NCBI GenBank assembly: GCA_041660005.1
Contig: JBAZXG010000007.1
Span: 72-64,071 of the forward strand
Direction of reading: 5' to 3'
Length of the DNA: 64,000 nt
DNA from: Patescibacteria group bacterium
Lineage (GTDB): Bacteria > Patescibacteriota > Patescibacteriia > GWA2-46-9
Shown: positions 29,814 to 39,827 of the stretch, piece after piece
Position numbering within the stretch: position 1 is the stretch's first letter
Layout of the letters: each line of letters begins with the position of its first letter
Notes under the pieces: generated by a model
Database searches by the model: none
What the model was told of the DNA's origin: nothing
What the model saw: only the letters and a program-made list of their open reading frames with translations
Made by a program: the position numbers and the translations under genes

Positions 29814-30377
29814 TTATTGAGAGAAAGCAACTTTGACGGGTTCTCGCTCTGTATCCTCAGCCAGTTCAAAGAAATCAACTGCGCTAAATTTGAGCAAAGC
29901 GGCGAACACGTTACTTGGGAAAACACTGAGGCTAATATTGTAGTCGCGCGTGAGGCCGTTGTAAAAGCGGCGCGCTGCCTGAATTTTATCTTCTGTGTCT
30001 GTCAGCTCGCGTTGCAGCTCAACAAAATTGGCTGATGCTTTAAGGTCGGGATAATTTTCTGCGACGGCAAAGATTCCTTGCAAACTGCGACTTAAAGCCG
30101 CTTCGGCCTGACCCCGCTCCTGTAGCGTGACGGCTTTCATTACTGCGGTGCGCGCAGCGGTTACTTTTTCTAAGGTTTCTGACTCATGCTTTTGGTATCC
30201 TTTGACGGTCTCTATGAGGTTTGGAATAAGGTCATACCGGCGTTTGAGCTGTACATCGATGTCTGCCCACGCTTCGGCAACGCGGGTTTTACCTCGTACT
30301 AAGTTGTTATAGGTCAAAATGATAAACAGTATGGCAAGTAAAACTGCGCCGAGAAGGGAGATGTTGAGTGTAGACAT
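29814..30377 (-). CDS. lemA: LemA family protein
   Basis: AWADIDVQLKRRYDLIPNL, AVAENYPDLKA, ARRFYN. Confidence 0.95.
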   Translation of the reverse strand: MSTLNISLLGAVLLAILFIILTYNNLVRGKTRVAEAWADIDVQLKRRYDLIPNLIETVKGYQKHESETLEKVTAARTAVMKAVTLQERGQAEAALSRSLQGIFAVAENYPDLKASANFVELQRELTDTEDKIQAARRFYNGLTRDYNISLSVFPSNVFAALLKFSAVDFFELAEDTEREPVKVAFSQ

Positions 30378-30546
30378 AAGATAATGGATAATAATAGTAA
30401 TTGAGAAGGTGATGAATTTATGGTATAATTAGTTCATTATAGATTCCGTTGCGTGCTCGATGATTCTCTTTACTATACAATGTTTACAGGTGTTCGGTCA
30501 AAGTGAAAGAATGAGTGTTTTTCAAAAAAAAATTTAAACTTGAATC

Positions 30547-31566
30547 ATGCTTTCATCAGGTAATTACCTTGGTATCGACATTGGAACAGCCAGTTTGAAA
30601 TTGGTTGAACTTCGCAGCACTGGCGGCGTACCAGAGCTCGCTACTTATGGCATTGCCGAACTACCCCTTGCTCCGCCAACGCAAGCTCGACCGTCTGTCG
30701 AAGAGCTTGGTGATACATTGGCTGACCTTGTGCGACAAACAAAAGCGGTTTCTAGAAAGTGTTACAGCGCCCTTCCTACGGATGGCGTCTTTACCTCTAT
30801 CATCAGTTTGCCACAGTTAAAGAAAAAGGAATTTCTCTCTGCTGTTGAAGAAGAAGCCGCTAAGTTGTTGCCGCGTCCGGTCAGTGAAATGGTTTTGGAT
30901 CCACAGATTCTCGGAGACACTGAAAATGGCAAAACTCAGCGCGTCCTTTTGGTGGCTGCACCCAAAGACTTGGTCAGTCGTTATGATGCCATTTTCAAAC
31001 GGGCCAAGCTTGAACTATTAGGACTTGAAACAGAGGGGTTTGCCCTCATTCGTTCACTGGTCGGTCGAGACAGTGCCGGCGTTGGCGTTATTGATTTTGG
31101 CGCGAGCACAAGCGATATCACTATTATTGCCGATGCGATTCCTTACTTGAATAGAAGCATGGCGGTTGGCGGCAGGAATATTACCGTGGCATTATCGCAG
31201 GCGCTTGGATTGTCGCTCATAGATGCCGAACAGGTAAAACGTGATATCGGATTAGTCGATGAAAATGGCAACGTGCCGGAGGTACTTGAGAAATTAGTCA
31301 GACCACTCATTGAAGAGGTTCGTTATACTATTCAACAGTTTCAGCAGCGTACCGGCCGCAGCGTGGAGAAGCTTATACTATCCGGCGGTTCAGCTATGCT
31401 GGGCGGTCTTAGCGAATACATTGAACAATCGTTACACGTGCGCACCTATGTTGGTGATCCGTGGTCGAGGGTTCGCTATCCCGTGGAGCTTGGTGGACTC
31501 TTGCAGGCATCCGCATCACGTTACGGTATTGCGTTGGGTCTTGCTCTGCGCCCTCTCAAACCATAG
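30547..31566 (+). CDS. pilM: Type IV pilus assembly protein PilM
   Basis: GIDIGTASLKLVEL, IDFGA, LSGGSA, ALGLALR. Confidence 0.92.
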   Translation: MLSSGNYLGIDIGTASLKLVELRSTGGVPELATYGIAELPLAPPTQARPSVEELGDTLADLVRQTKAVSRKCYSALPTDGVFTSIISLPQLKKKEFLSAVEEEAAKLLPRPVSEMVLDPQILGDTENGKTQRVLLVAAPKDLVSRYDAIFKRAKLELLGLETEGFALIRSLVGRDSAGVGVIDFGASTSDITIIADAIPYLNRSMAVGGRNITVALSQALGLSLIDAEQVKRDIGLVDENGNVPEVLEKLVRPLIEEVRYTIQQFQQRTGRSVEKLILSGGSAMLGGLSEYIEQSLHVRTYVGDPWSRVRYPVELGGLLQASASRYGIALGLALRPLKP

Positions 31567-31569
31567 TTT

Positions 31570-32601
31570 ATGGATGTAAATTTTTTATCCGACGATAGAA
31601 AACGGCGAGAAGAGCAAGAGCGACGAAAACTTGCCGAGAAAAAATCTGTGCGTCCCATGACCACACCTCATGAGATGTCGCAAGTAAACGATGCGGAGCA
31701 TGTTGTTCCCCAAACACAGAGTAAAGAAAATACAGTATCTGCAGAAGAAAACGTGGCAAAACTGCGCCCAACTGCAGTTATTAACGAAGCGGCAATTACT
31801 CCTGCCAACAAACGATCTTTTCTGCCACAATTTTTGCGAGCACGATTGCAAAGCAGTAAAGGAGAAACAAAAAAAGAAGAAGTACGCACAGTTTCAACAC
31901 CAGAGGTAGTGCCTGTAGCGCAACCAACGAAGGATAGTGATGCATCAAAGCACCAACAGGCAGATAGAACAGTGCAAACAGAAGAGCCGTCAGTCAAAAA
32001 AAATAGTTTTCCTGTGCAGAATGCGGGGCAAGAAAAGCTTAAGAAATCTGGGCGTTGGCCATTGCCGCTTGCGTCCATCGAAGTTGCAACACTTTTTGCA
32101 GTTCTAATCGTCGTTTTTGTTAGCGGTTTGGCAACTGGTCTCGTACTCTTGATACTCCGGCCGCACAAGGTGGTAACGCCCCCTCCGGCTGTGGTAGTTG
32201 AGCGTGACGAAAAAGCGCTTGCGCAAATGCGTGATCAAATCCGTTTAGTGCAAGTGGCGCTTATTCAAGAGTCACTTGACGAGTACTGGCGAGGGAACGC
32301 CGCCCACTATCCCAATGGTAATAATGTTTTACTTGGAAGTATCGAAGCGAGCTGCTTGGGCGCAACCGGGTGGACCACGCATGATCGATGTGCTATCCCT
32401 CAGAGTCCGTCGGAAAATCGTATTTATTTACAAGAAGTGCCGCGAGATCCAACCAGCGGTTCCTATAATTATACTAGTCTGAATGGTGGCATGGCGTATC
32501 AGCTGGATTTTACTCTTGAAGTCGGTAGCGGTGCTTATGACGCTGGCCCTCAGCAGGTGACCGGTGGTGCAGTTAGTTCGAAACCCAATAGTCAGTCTTA
32601 A
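31570..32601 (+). CDS. Bitopic protein with a PilN-like N-terminal motif and a pilin-like (GspG-type) C-terminal domain
   Basis: MDVNFL N-terminus; TM; RD..R...V..IQ..L..Y.....YP...YLQEVPRDP...YQLDFTLE. Confidence 0.6.
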   Translation: MDVNFLSDDRKRREEQERRKLAEKKSVRPMTTPHEMSQVNDAEHVVPQTQSKENTVSAEENVAKLRPTAVINEAAITPANKRSFLPQFLRARLQSSKGETKKEEVRTVSTPEVVPVAQPTKDSDASKHQQADRTVQTEEPSVKKNSFPVQNAGQEKLKKSGRWPLPLASIEVATLFAVLIVVFVSGLATGLVLLILRPHKVVTPPPAVVVERDEKALAQMRDQIRLVQVALIQESLDEYWRGNAAHYPNGNNVLLGSIEASCLGATGWTTHDRCAIPQSPSENRIYLQEVPRDPTSGSYNYTSLNGGMAYQLDFTLEVGSGAYDAGPQQVTGGAVSSKPNSQS

Positions 32602-32605
32602 ATTT

Positions 32606-32992
32606 ATGGGAAAAGAAAGGCGTGCAGTTTTGCTGGTTGAGGATGACGTACCCATTGCCGAGATGTATGCGGCGGAGCTTTCGCTTTCCGGTTTTGATGT
32701 AGTGGTAGCGAATGACGGGCAGGCGGGTTTGGTAGCTGCCGTTACGAATAAGCCCGATATCATTCTTTTAGATATCATTTTACCGGAACTTGATGGGTAT
32801 GAGGTGTTAAAAAAATTGCGCGGCAGTGAAAAAACGCGCGACATACCGGTCATTTTATTATCAAACCTCAGTCAGCCCGAACAGCTTGAGCGAGGGAAAG
32901 AGCTCGGCGCCGTTGATTATCTTGTAAAAGCAAACCATGTACCTGCTGATATTGTGGCGCGCCTCGAAAAGTTTTTTTCTGAAAATAGATAA
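32606..32992 (+). CDS. Single-domain response regulator
   Basis: LLVEDD, PDIILLDIILPELDG, GAVDYLVK. Confidence 0.9.
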   Translation: MGKERRAVLLVEDDVPIAEMYAAELSLSGFDVVVANDGQAGLVAAVTNKPDIILLDIILPELDGYEVLKKLRGSEKTRDIPVILLSNLSQPEQLERGKELGAVDYLVKANHVPADIVARLEKFFSENR

Positions 32993-33077
32993 CGTAAACC
33001 ATTTGTCATTTGTCCTGTTATGGGGTATACTGTAACTACGCTTTTGTATATAAATTCATGATCAAGCGAAACAATCA

Positions 33078-33090
33078 GAAAGGGGGTGAG
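33078..33090 (+). promoter_or_regulatory. Strong Shine-Dalgarno sequence of the major pilin gene
   Basis: gaaagggggtgag just upstream of ATG 33096; a tatact -10-like box lies near 33026. Confidence 0.65.
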
Positions 33091-33095
33091 CAAGC

Positions 33096-33527
33096 ATGAA
33101 GAAAATTCGAAAAGGTTTCACCCTGATTGAGCTTTTGGTGGTTATTGCCATTATTGCATTGCTCTCGACCCTTGCGGTCGTAGCGTTGAACAACGCCCGA
33201 CAAAAATCCCGTGACGCCAAGCGCGTCTCTGATGTTAAGCAAGTACAGACAGCTTTGGAGCTCTACTTTGCAGATCAACAGGCTTACCCTGCGGGGACTA
33301 CGTTGCAACTCGGCAGCGCCGACGCAAAGTGTCTTTCGACTGGTGGTTTTGCAGCAACCTGTTCAGGAACGACGACCTACATGGGGCAGGTTCCGTCTGA
33401 CGCAGACCCGTACTACGTTTACGCATCAGATGGTACTGATACGTATAGCATCACCTTTACCTTAGAAGGTCAGACCGGCAGTTTGGCCGTAGGTGCGCAC
33501 ACCGCGACTCAAAATGGTATTCAGTAG
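33096..33527 (+). CDS. Type IV (major) pilin
   Basis: Class III signal KG|FTLIELLVVIAII; ARQKSRDAKR. Confidence 0.93.
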   Translation: MKKIRKGFTLIELLVVIAIIALLSTLAVVALNNARQKSRDAKRVSDVKQVQTALELYFADQQAYPAGTTLQLGSADAKCLSTGGFAATCSGTTTYMGQVPSDADPYYVYASDGTDTYSITFTLEGQTGSLAVGAHTATQNGIQ

Positions 33528-33547
33528 TTTTAACTCCTGATTACAAA

Positions 33548-33582
33548 AAAAGAAACACCCCTATAGCGGGGTGTTTCTTTTT
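33548..33582 (+). terminator. Intrinsic terminator after the pilin gene
   Basis: aaagaaacacccc-tatagc-ggggtgtttcttttt. Confidence 0.85.
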
Positions 33583-33679
33583 GGTTGCAGCATGACGTGG
33601 GGCGTATATGTCGCTATACTTATACTATGCGAACACGAGAAATACGGCACTACTCACAGCCTACTCAAAAAACGTAACT

Positions 33680-34450
33680 ATGCTTGGTCCAGCAATTATT
33701 TTATTTATTATTGGCCTCACAGTCGGCAGTTTTTTAAACGTGCTAACACTGCGCATGATGGCGGGAGAGCCATTTATTTTCGGGCGGTCACACTGCCCGT
33801 CATGTCAAAAGACTTTGCTCATGGCAGATATGCTGCCGGTTGTGAGTTATCTTTGGTTAAATGGCCGGTGCCGTTATTGTGGTGGGAAGATTTCTCTGCA
33901 GTATCCAATCGTTGAACTTGCAACGGGTATTGCCTTCGTGCTTATCGCCTCGGGTTATTTTGGTTTAGGTTTTTTGTTCCAAATTTTACCGTATGTGGTT
34001 CGCGACCTCGTGTTTACGACTGGTCTTATCGCGCTCTTCATTTTTGACGTGCGCTGGTATGCAGTACCTGATGCCATATCTCTACCCCTGGCGGCCGTGG
34101 CGGTTTTCTTCAATTGGTGGCTCGGCGTAACGTTACGCTCGTTAGCCCTCGGGGCGGCTGTTGGTGGTGGATTTTTCTTTATTCTTTGGTTCATATCGAA
34201 AGGGCGATGGGTCGGGGCGGGTGATATTCGTTTGGGGATAATGATGGGTTGCATTTTGGGCTGGCCTATAACGTTTGCCGCTCTTTACATTGCGTATATG
34301 CTGGGAGGCGCTGTGGCGTTAATGTTATTACTGAGTGGAAAAAAACATAGCGGGCAAGTACTTCCTATGGGTGTTTTTTTGACCACGGCAACGTTTTTAG
34401 TAATGTTGTATCCTGAACATGCAGCCGCGCTGGCGGCTTGGCTGACCTAG
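33680..34450 (+). CDS. pilD: Prepilin peptidase (A24)
   Basis: GSFLNV, RSHCPSC, GRCRYC, IFD, GAGDIRL. Confidence 0.92.
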   Translation: MLGPAIILFIIGLTVGSFLNVLTLRMMAGEPFIFGRSHCPSCQKTLLMADMLPVVSYLWLNGRCRYCGGKISLQYPIVELATGIAFVLIASGYFGLGFLFQILPYVVRDLVFTTGLIALFIFDVRWYAVPDAISLPLAAVAVFFNWWLGVTLRSLALGAAVGGGFFFILWFISKGRWVGAGDIRLGIMMGCILGWPITFAALYIAYMLGGAVALMLLLSGKKHSGQVLPMGVFLTTATFLVMLYPEHAAALAAWLT

Positions 34451-34608
34451 ACCCATCTCAAAAATTTTTGTTCACCCAAACCGCACCTATGCCGCCTACG
34501 CCCGGTCAAAAAATACTCGAAAGACCTCCAGTATTCCTCTGCTTTTTTGACCGTGGTTCGACTGGCATATTCGTGGTTTCGCTTGAAAACTATTTTTGAG
34601 ATGGGTTC
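34450..34608. mobile_element. 160-bp MITE-like element (copy 2)
   Basis: ctag-acccatctcaaaaa ... tttttgagatgggttc-ctag; colinear with copy 1 at 13247. Confidence 0.85.
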
Positions 34609-34612
34609 CTAG

Positions 34613-36637
<2,025 letters not shown>

Positions 36638-36730
36638 ACCGCACAAATTGTTACGGTGATCGTTCGATAGTCTACATACGGGCATGGTGTTGAAACAATG
36701 GTTTTTACCGTGTACCATGCTTGCATATCT

Positions 36731-37024
36731 ATGGCTTTAACACGAGAGGACATTGTCCATATTGCAAAGCTGGCTCGTTTAGAATTAAGCGAGCAGGAGA
36801 TTGCTCGCTATCAAGGAGAACTTTCAAAAATTCTTGATTACATCGGAGAGTTGCAGCAGGTAGATACGACAGGCGTTGAAGCAACTGCGCAGGTGACCGG
36901 GCTTACGAATCGGCTGGCCGAAGACAAGATTCAACCAGTTGACGAGGCAAGGCGTCAGCGGTTGGTTGACGCGTTTCCCTTGCGCGAAGGTGATTATTTG
37001 AAGGTGAAAACTGTTTTTGAATAG
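36731..37024 (+). CDS. gatC: Asp/Glu-tRNA amidotransferase subunit C
   Basis: MALTREDIVHIAKLARL; directly upstream of gatA. Confidence 0.92.
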   Translation: MALTREDIVHIAKLARLELSEQEIARYQGELSKILDYIGELQQVDTTGVEATAQVTGLTNRLAEDKIQPVDEARRQRLVDAFPLREGDYLKVKTVFE

Positions 37025-37026
37025 CT

Positions 37027-38511
37027 ATGGCTGAACTTTTTGAATTGACGGTTGCTGAAACAGCTGAGGGACTTACTAAGGGTGAGTTTTCTTCTGTCGA
37101 AGTAACGAAGAGCTATCTTGGTCGCATTGATAAGTTGAATCCCGATTTGAACGCTTACCTCACGGTGGCCCACGAATCGGCGCTAGTAGCTGCGAGAAGT
37201 GCTGACGAGCGGTTAGCAAAGGGCGAGCAGGGCGCGCTCCTCGGTGTGCCGATTGCCGTCAAGGATGTCATTATGACGCTCGGCATTCGGACGACTGCTG
37301 CTTCAAAAATGTTGGAGAATTATGAGCCATCGTTTGACGCTACGGTCATAAAAAAAATGCGTGAAGCCGGTGCCGTTATTTTAGGAAAAACCAATTTAGA
37401 CGAATTTGCGCACGGCGCTTCAACTGAAAATTCTGCTTTTGGTCCGACCAAAAATCCTTGGGATACAAAACGAGTTCCTGGAGGTTCGTCTGGCGGTTCT
37501 GCTGCGGCAGTTGCTGCTGATTTGTGTACGGCGGCGCTCGGAACCGATACCGGTGGGTCAATTCGCCATCCGGCAGCATTTTGCGGCGTCGTGGGTTTAA
37601 AGCCGAGCTACGGCAGAGTGTCACGCTCAGGGCTTTTATCCATGACTTCATCGACTGATGTCATTGGGCCTATTACAAAAACTACCGTAGACGCTGCAGC
37701 TATGCTGGGACTGTTAGCAGGTGAAGATACTTACGACCAGACAGCAGCTCCGATACGCATTGCAAGCAATGCATTTACTGAAGCACTAAAGCGACTAGAC
37801 CTTTCTGGGCTAACCGTCGGCGTGCCGCGATCGTTCATTGCCGCGGGTTTATTGCCGTCAATTGCCGAGCGCTTTGATGAGGCCCTAAAGTCATTAACCA
37901 AACTTGGAGCCAAAATTAAAGATGTTGAGCTTCCGCATGCTAAGTACGGCATTGCCGCTTACTATGTCATTACACCTTCAGAAGTCAGTTCGAACCTTGC
38001 GCGGTTTGATGGTATTCGTTATGGACATCAGAATAAAACCGCAAAAACACTTTTTGAAGTGTACGCCAAGTCGCGCGGTGAGGGGTTGGGTCCTGAAGTG
38101 AAGAGGCGCATCATGCTTGGTACTTATGCGCTGTCGGCCGGTTATTACGACGCCTATTACAAGACCGCCCAAAAGGTGCGCACGGTGATTGCGCGCGAGC
38201 TTGATGCGGCGCTCGAAAGTTGTGACATTTTGGTAACACCGACCGCGCCGCATATTGCGTTCCCGATTGGTGAACAGTCCGATGATCCTTTGAAAATGTA
38301 TTTGGAGGACGTCTTTATGAGTCCGGCGTCACTGGCGGGGCTACCGGCAATCTCGGTGCCCATGGGATTTGCGGCGGGGGAGGATGGCGTAGAAATGCCA
38401 GCGGGCCTACAGATGATCGGTCGACGGTTTGGTGAAGGGACCATGCTTACTGGAGCGCACCTTTTTGAAATGGCGCTCGGTAAACCAGCACGACGGCCTA
38501 ACCTCGGCTAA
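37027..38511 (+). CDS. gatA: Asp/Glu-tRNA amidotransferase subunit A
   Basis: GGSSGGS, GTDTGGSIR, SSNLARFDG, EVKRRIMLGT. Confidence 0.97.
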   Translation: MAELFELTVAETAEGLTKGEFSSVEVTKSYLGRIDKLNPDLNAYLTVAHESALVAARSADERLAKGEQGALLGVPIAVKDVIMTLGIRTTAASKMLENYEPSFDATVIKKMREAGAVILGKTNLDEFAHGASTENSAFGPTKNPWDTKRVPGGSSGGSAAAVAADLCTAALGTDTGGSIRHPAAFCGVVGLKPSYGRVSRSGLLSMTSSTDVIGPITKTTVDAAAMLGLLAGEDTYDQTAAPIRIASNAFTEALKRLDLSGLTVGVPRSFIAAGLLPSIAERFDEALKSLTKLGAKIKDVELPHAKYGIAAYYVITPSEVSSNLARFDGIRYGHQNKTAKTLFEVYAKSRGEGLGPEVKRRIMLGTYALSAGYYDAYYKTAQKVRTVIARELDAALESCDILVTPTAPHIAFPIGEQSDDPLKMYLEDVFMSPASLAGLPAISVPMGFAAGEDGVEMPAGLQMIGRRFGEGTMLTGAHLFEMALGKPARRPNLG

Positions 38512-38514
38512 TGT

Positions 38515-38940
38515 ATGCCTTGGTACGCGGTCGTCACTTTTTTCCTTGCCGCTCTCCTTTGCGCTTGGTGGTTGAAAGGACTACTTGTACAGAGAGATCG
38601 TGCACGTGATTTTCGCATCACTGATCGGCGCGCTTGGCAAAAAAAATGGACAGAGCTTGAAGTACTCTTGAAACAAGGAGAGAGTAGTTGGTCGGTTGCC
38701 ATTATCGAAGCCGATAAACTCTTTGATCGCGTGCTAAAGAATATGGGGCTTCCCGGAAAAGATATGGGGGAGCGTTTAAAATTTTTAACACGCAGTCGTA
38801 GGGAGTTGAGCTACGTGTGGTCTGCGCATCTCACGCGCAATCGGCTGGTGCACGAATCAGACTTTCGTTTGGATCGTAGAACAGCAATAAAAACAATTGA
38901 TACCTTTAAACGCGCCTTTAAAGAACTTGGTGTTTTATAG
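38515..38940 (+). CDS. Conserved CPR hypothetical protein (N-terminal TM)
   Basis: AIIEADKL.D..L...G..MGERLK...W.AH..RN.LVHE. Confidence 0.75.
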   Translation: MPWYAVVTFFLAALLCAWWLKGLLVQRDRARDFRITDRRAWQKKWTELEVLLKQGESSWSVAIIEADKLFDRVLKNMGLPGKDMGERLKFLTRSRRELSYVWSAHLTRNRLVHESDFRLDRRTAIKTIDTFKRAFKELGVL

Positions 38941-39007
38941 TGTGGTTGGGAGAAGCAAAAAGTAGTTGGCGCCGCCCCGGGGAGGATTGGGAGCGGCGTC
39001 ATGGCGG

Positions 39008-39364
39008 CTAGTCGCCGAAGCGACGCGTCTTGCCAGCCGCCAGAAAAATAGCGATCAGCAGCGCTGTGTCGGCCGCGCCGCATAGGACCCGTGAGGTTCT
39101 GTAACTATCGATCATTCTCGGCAGATAGCCGAGAAGCACAGCCCACTCTAAGCCGTAGAGCATTGCCCCCAGAGCTGTGAACAGTATCGAGAGGCGGTAT
39201 GCTCGCCAGTTGATATTGCGAATGCGAGCGACTACTTTCCTCGTTTGCTGTCCGGCCCGTCCAAAGTAAAAGACGGGCATGTTGCTCCAGCGGCGCTGAT
39301 CTCTTTTCTTTGGACGGACTCGAAGGTACCGTCCTACCCTTTTCCATGGACGGTATTTATTCAT
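39008..39364 (-). CDS. Orphan basic membrane protein
   Basis: Preceded by SD aggagg and a ttgaca-17bp-taagct promoter; two hydrophobic segments. Confidence 0.55.
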   Translation of the reverse strand: MNKYRPWKRVGRYLRVRPKKRDQRRWSNMPVFYFGRAGQQTRKVVARIRNINWRAYRLSILFTALGAMLYGLEWAVLLGYLPRMIDSYRTSRVLCGAADTALLIAIFLAAGKTRRFGD

Positions 39365-39430
39365 CGAGGCCTCCTGTAGACCGCAGCCAGCTTACGCCGT
39401 TGGATAGTTAAGTGTCAACGATCAGACGCC

Positions 39431-39459
39431 TTGCTTCTCCTGTTTTCATCTCGTATAGT
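39431..39459 (+). promoter_or_regulatory. Sigma70-type promoter upstream of the nested tRNA-Ser(GGA) locus
   Basis: ttgctt - 17 bp - tatagt, ending 13 nt before the outer tRNA 5' end. Confidence 0.7.
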
Positions 39460-39472
39460 GAACGCACCTTAT

Positions 39473-39762
39473 GGAGAGGTCGCATATCCCGTCGCCGGGA
39501 CTTCTTGCTAGTCGCCCCTTCTCAGGGACTTCTCGCTAGTCGGCGATTCTAGTGCGCACAGCTTGTTCTTGATTTGTCTAAAAATTGAAGTGAACATAGA
39601 ATTTTTAGTAACAAATCATAATCCTGAATATGGCGGAGAGGTCGCATAGTGGCCTAGTGCGCTCGCTTGGAAAGCGGGTAACCCGAAAGGGTTCGCGGGT
39701 TCGACTCCCGCCCTCTCCGCCATATTCAGGAGAAAGCGTGTGATCCGTAAGGATCCGAGGGT
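39473..39762 (+). pseudogene. Degenerate outer tRNA-Ser(GGA) 'ghost' surrounding the intact tRNA
   Basis: ggagaggtcgcata / tctagtgcgcacagcttg / gaaagcgtgtgatccgtaaggatccgagggt, with inserts between the pieces. Confidence 0.85.
39635..39722 (+). tRNA. tRNA-Ser(GGA)
   Basis: ggagaggtcgcatagtggcctagtgcg ctcgc-tt-GGA-aa-gcggg, variable arm aacccgaaagggtt, gcgggttcgactcccgc cctctcc G CCA. Confidence 0.96.
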
Positions 39763-39827
39763 GTGGACTTGTGGTGAGTATCAATGAATCAATTCATCTC
39801 TTAGTAAAGTAATATAAACTTCTATCC

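Noticed and set aside
39497-39542. Two 18-bp direct repeats as a mini-CRISPR
   Set aside because: Only two units with a 10-bp spacer and no cas genes; part of the ghost tRNA D-loop insert.
39566-39731. Group I/II intron in the tRNA anticodon loop
   Set aside because: The insert consists of a short hairpin and a complete tRNA; no catalytic core motifs are visible, and the outer tRNA is damaged elsewhere.
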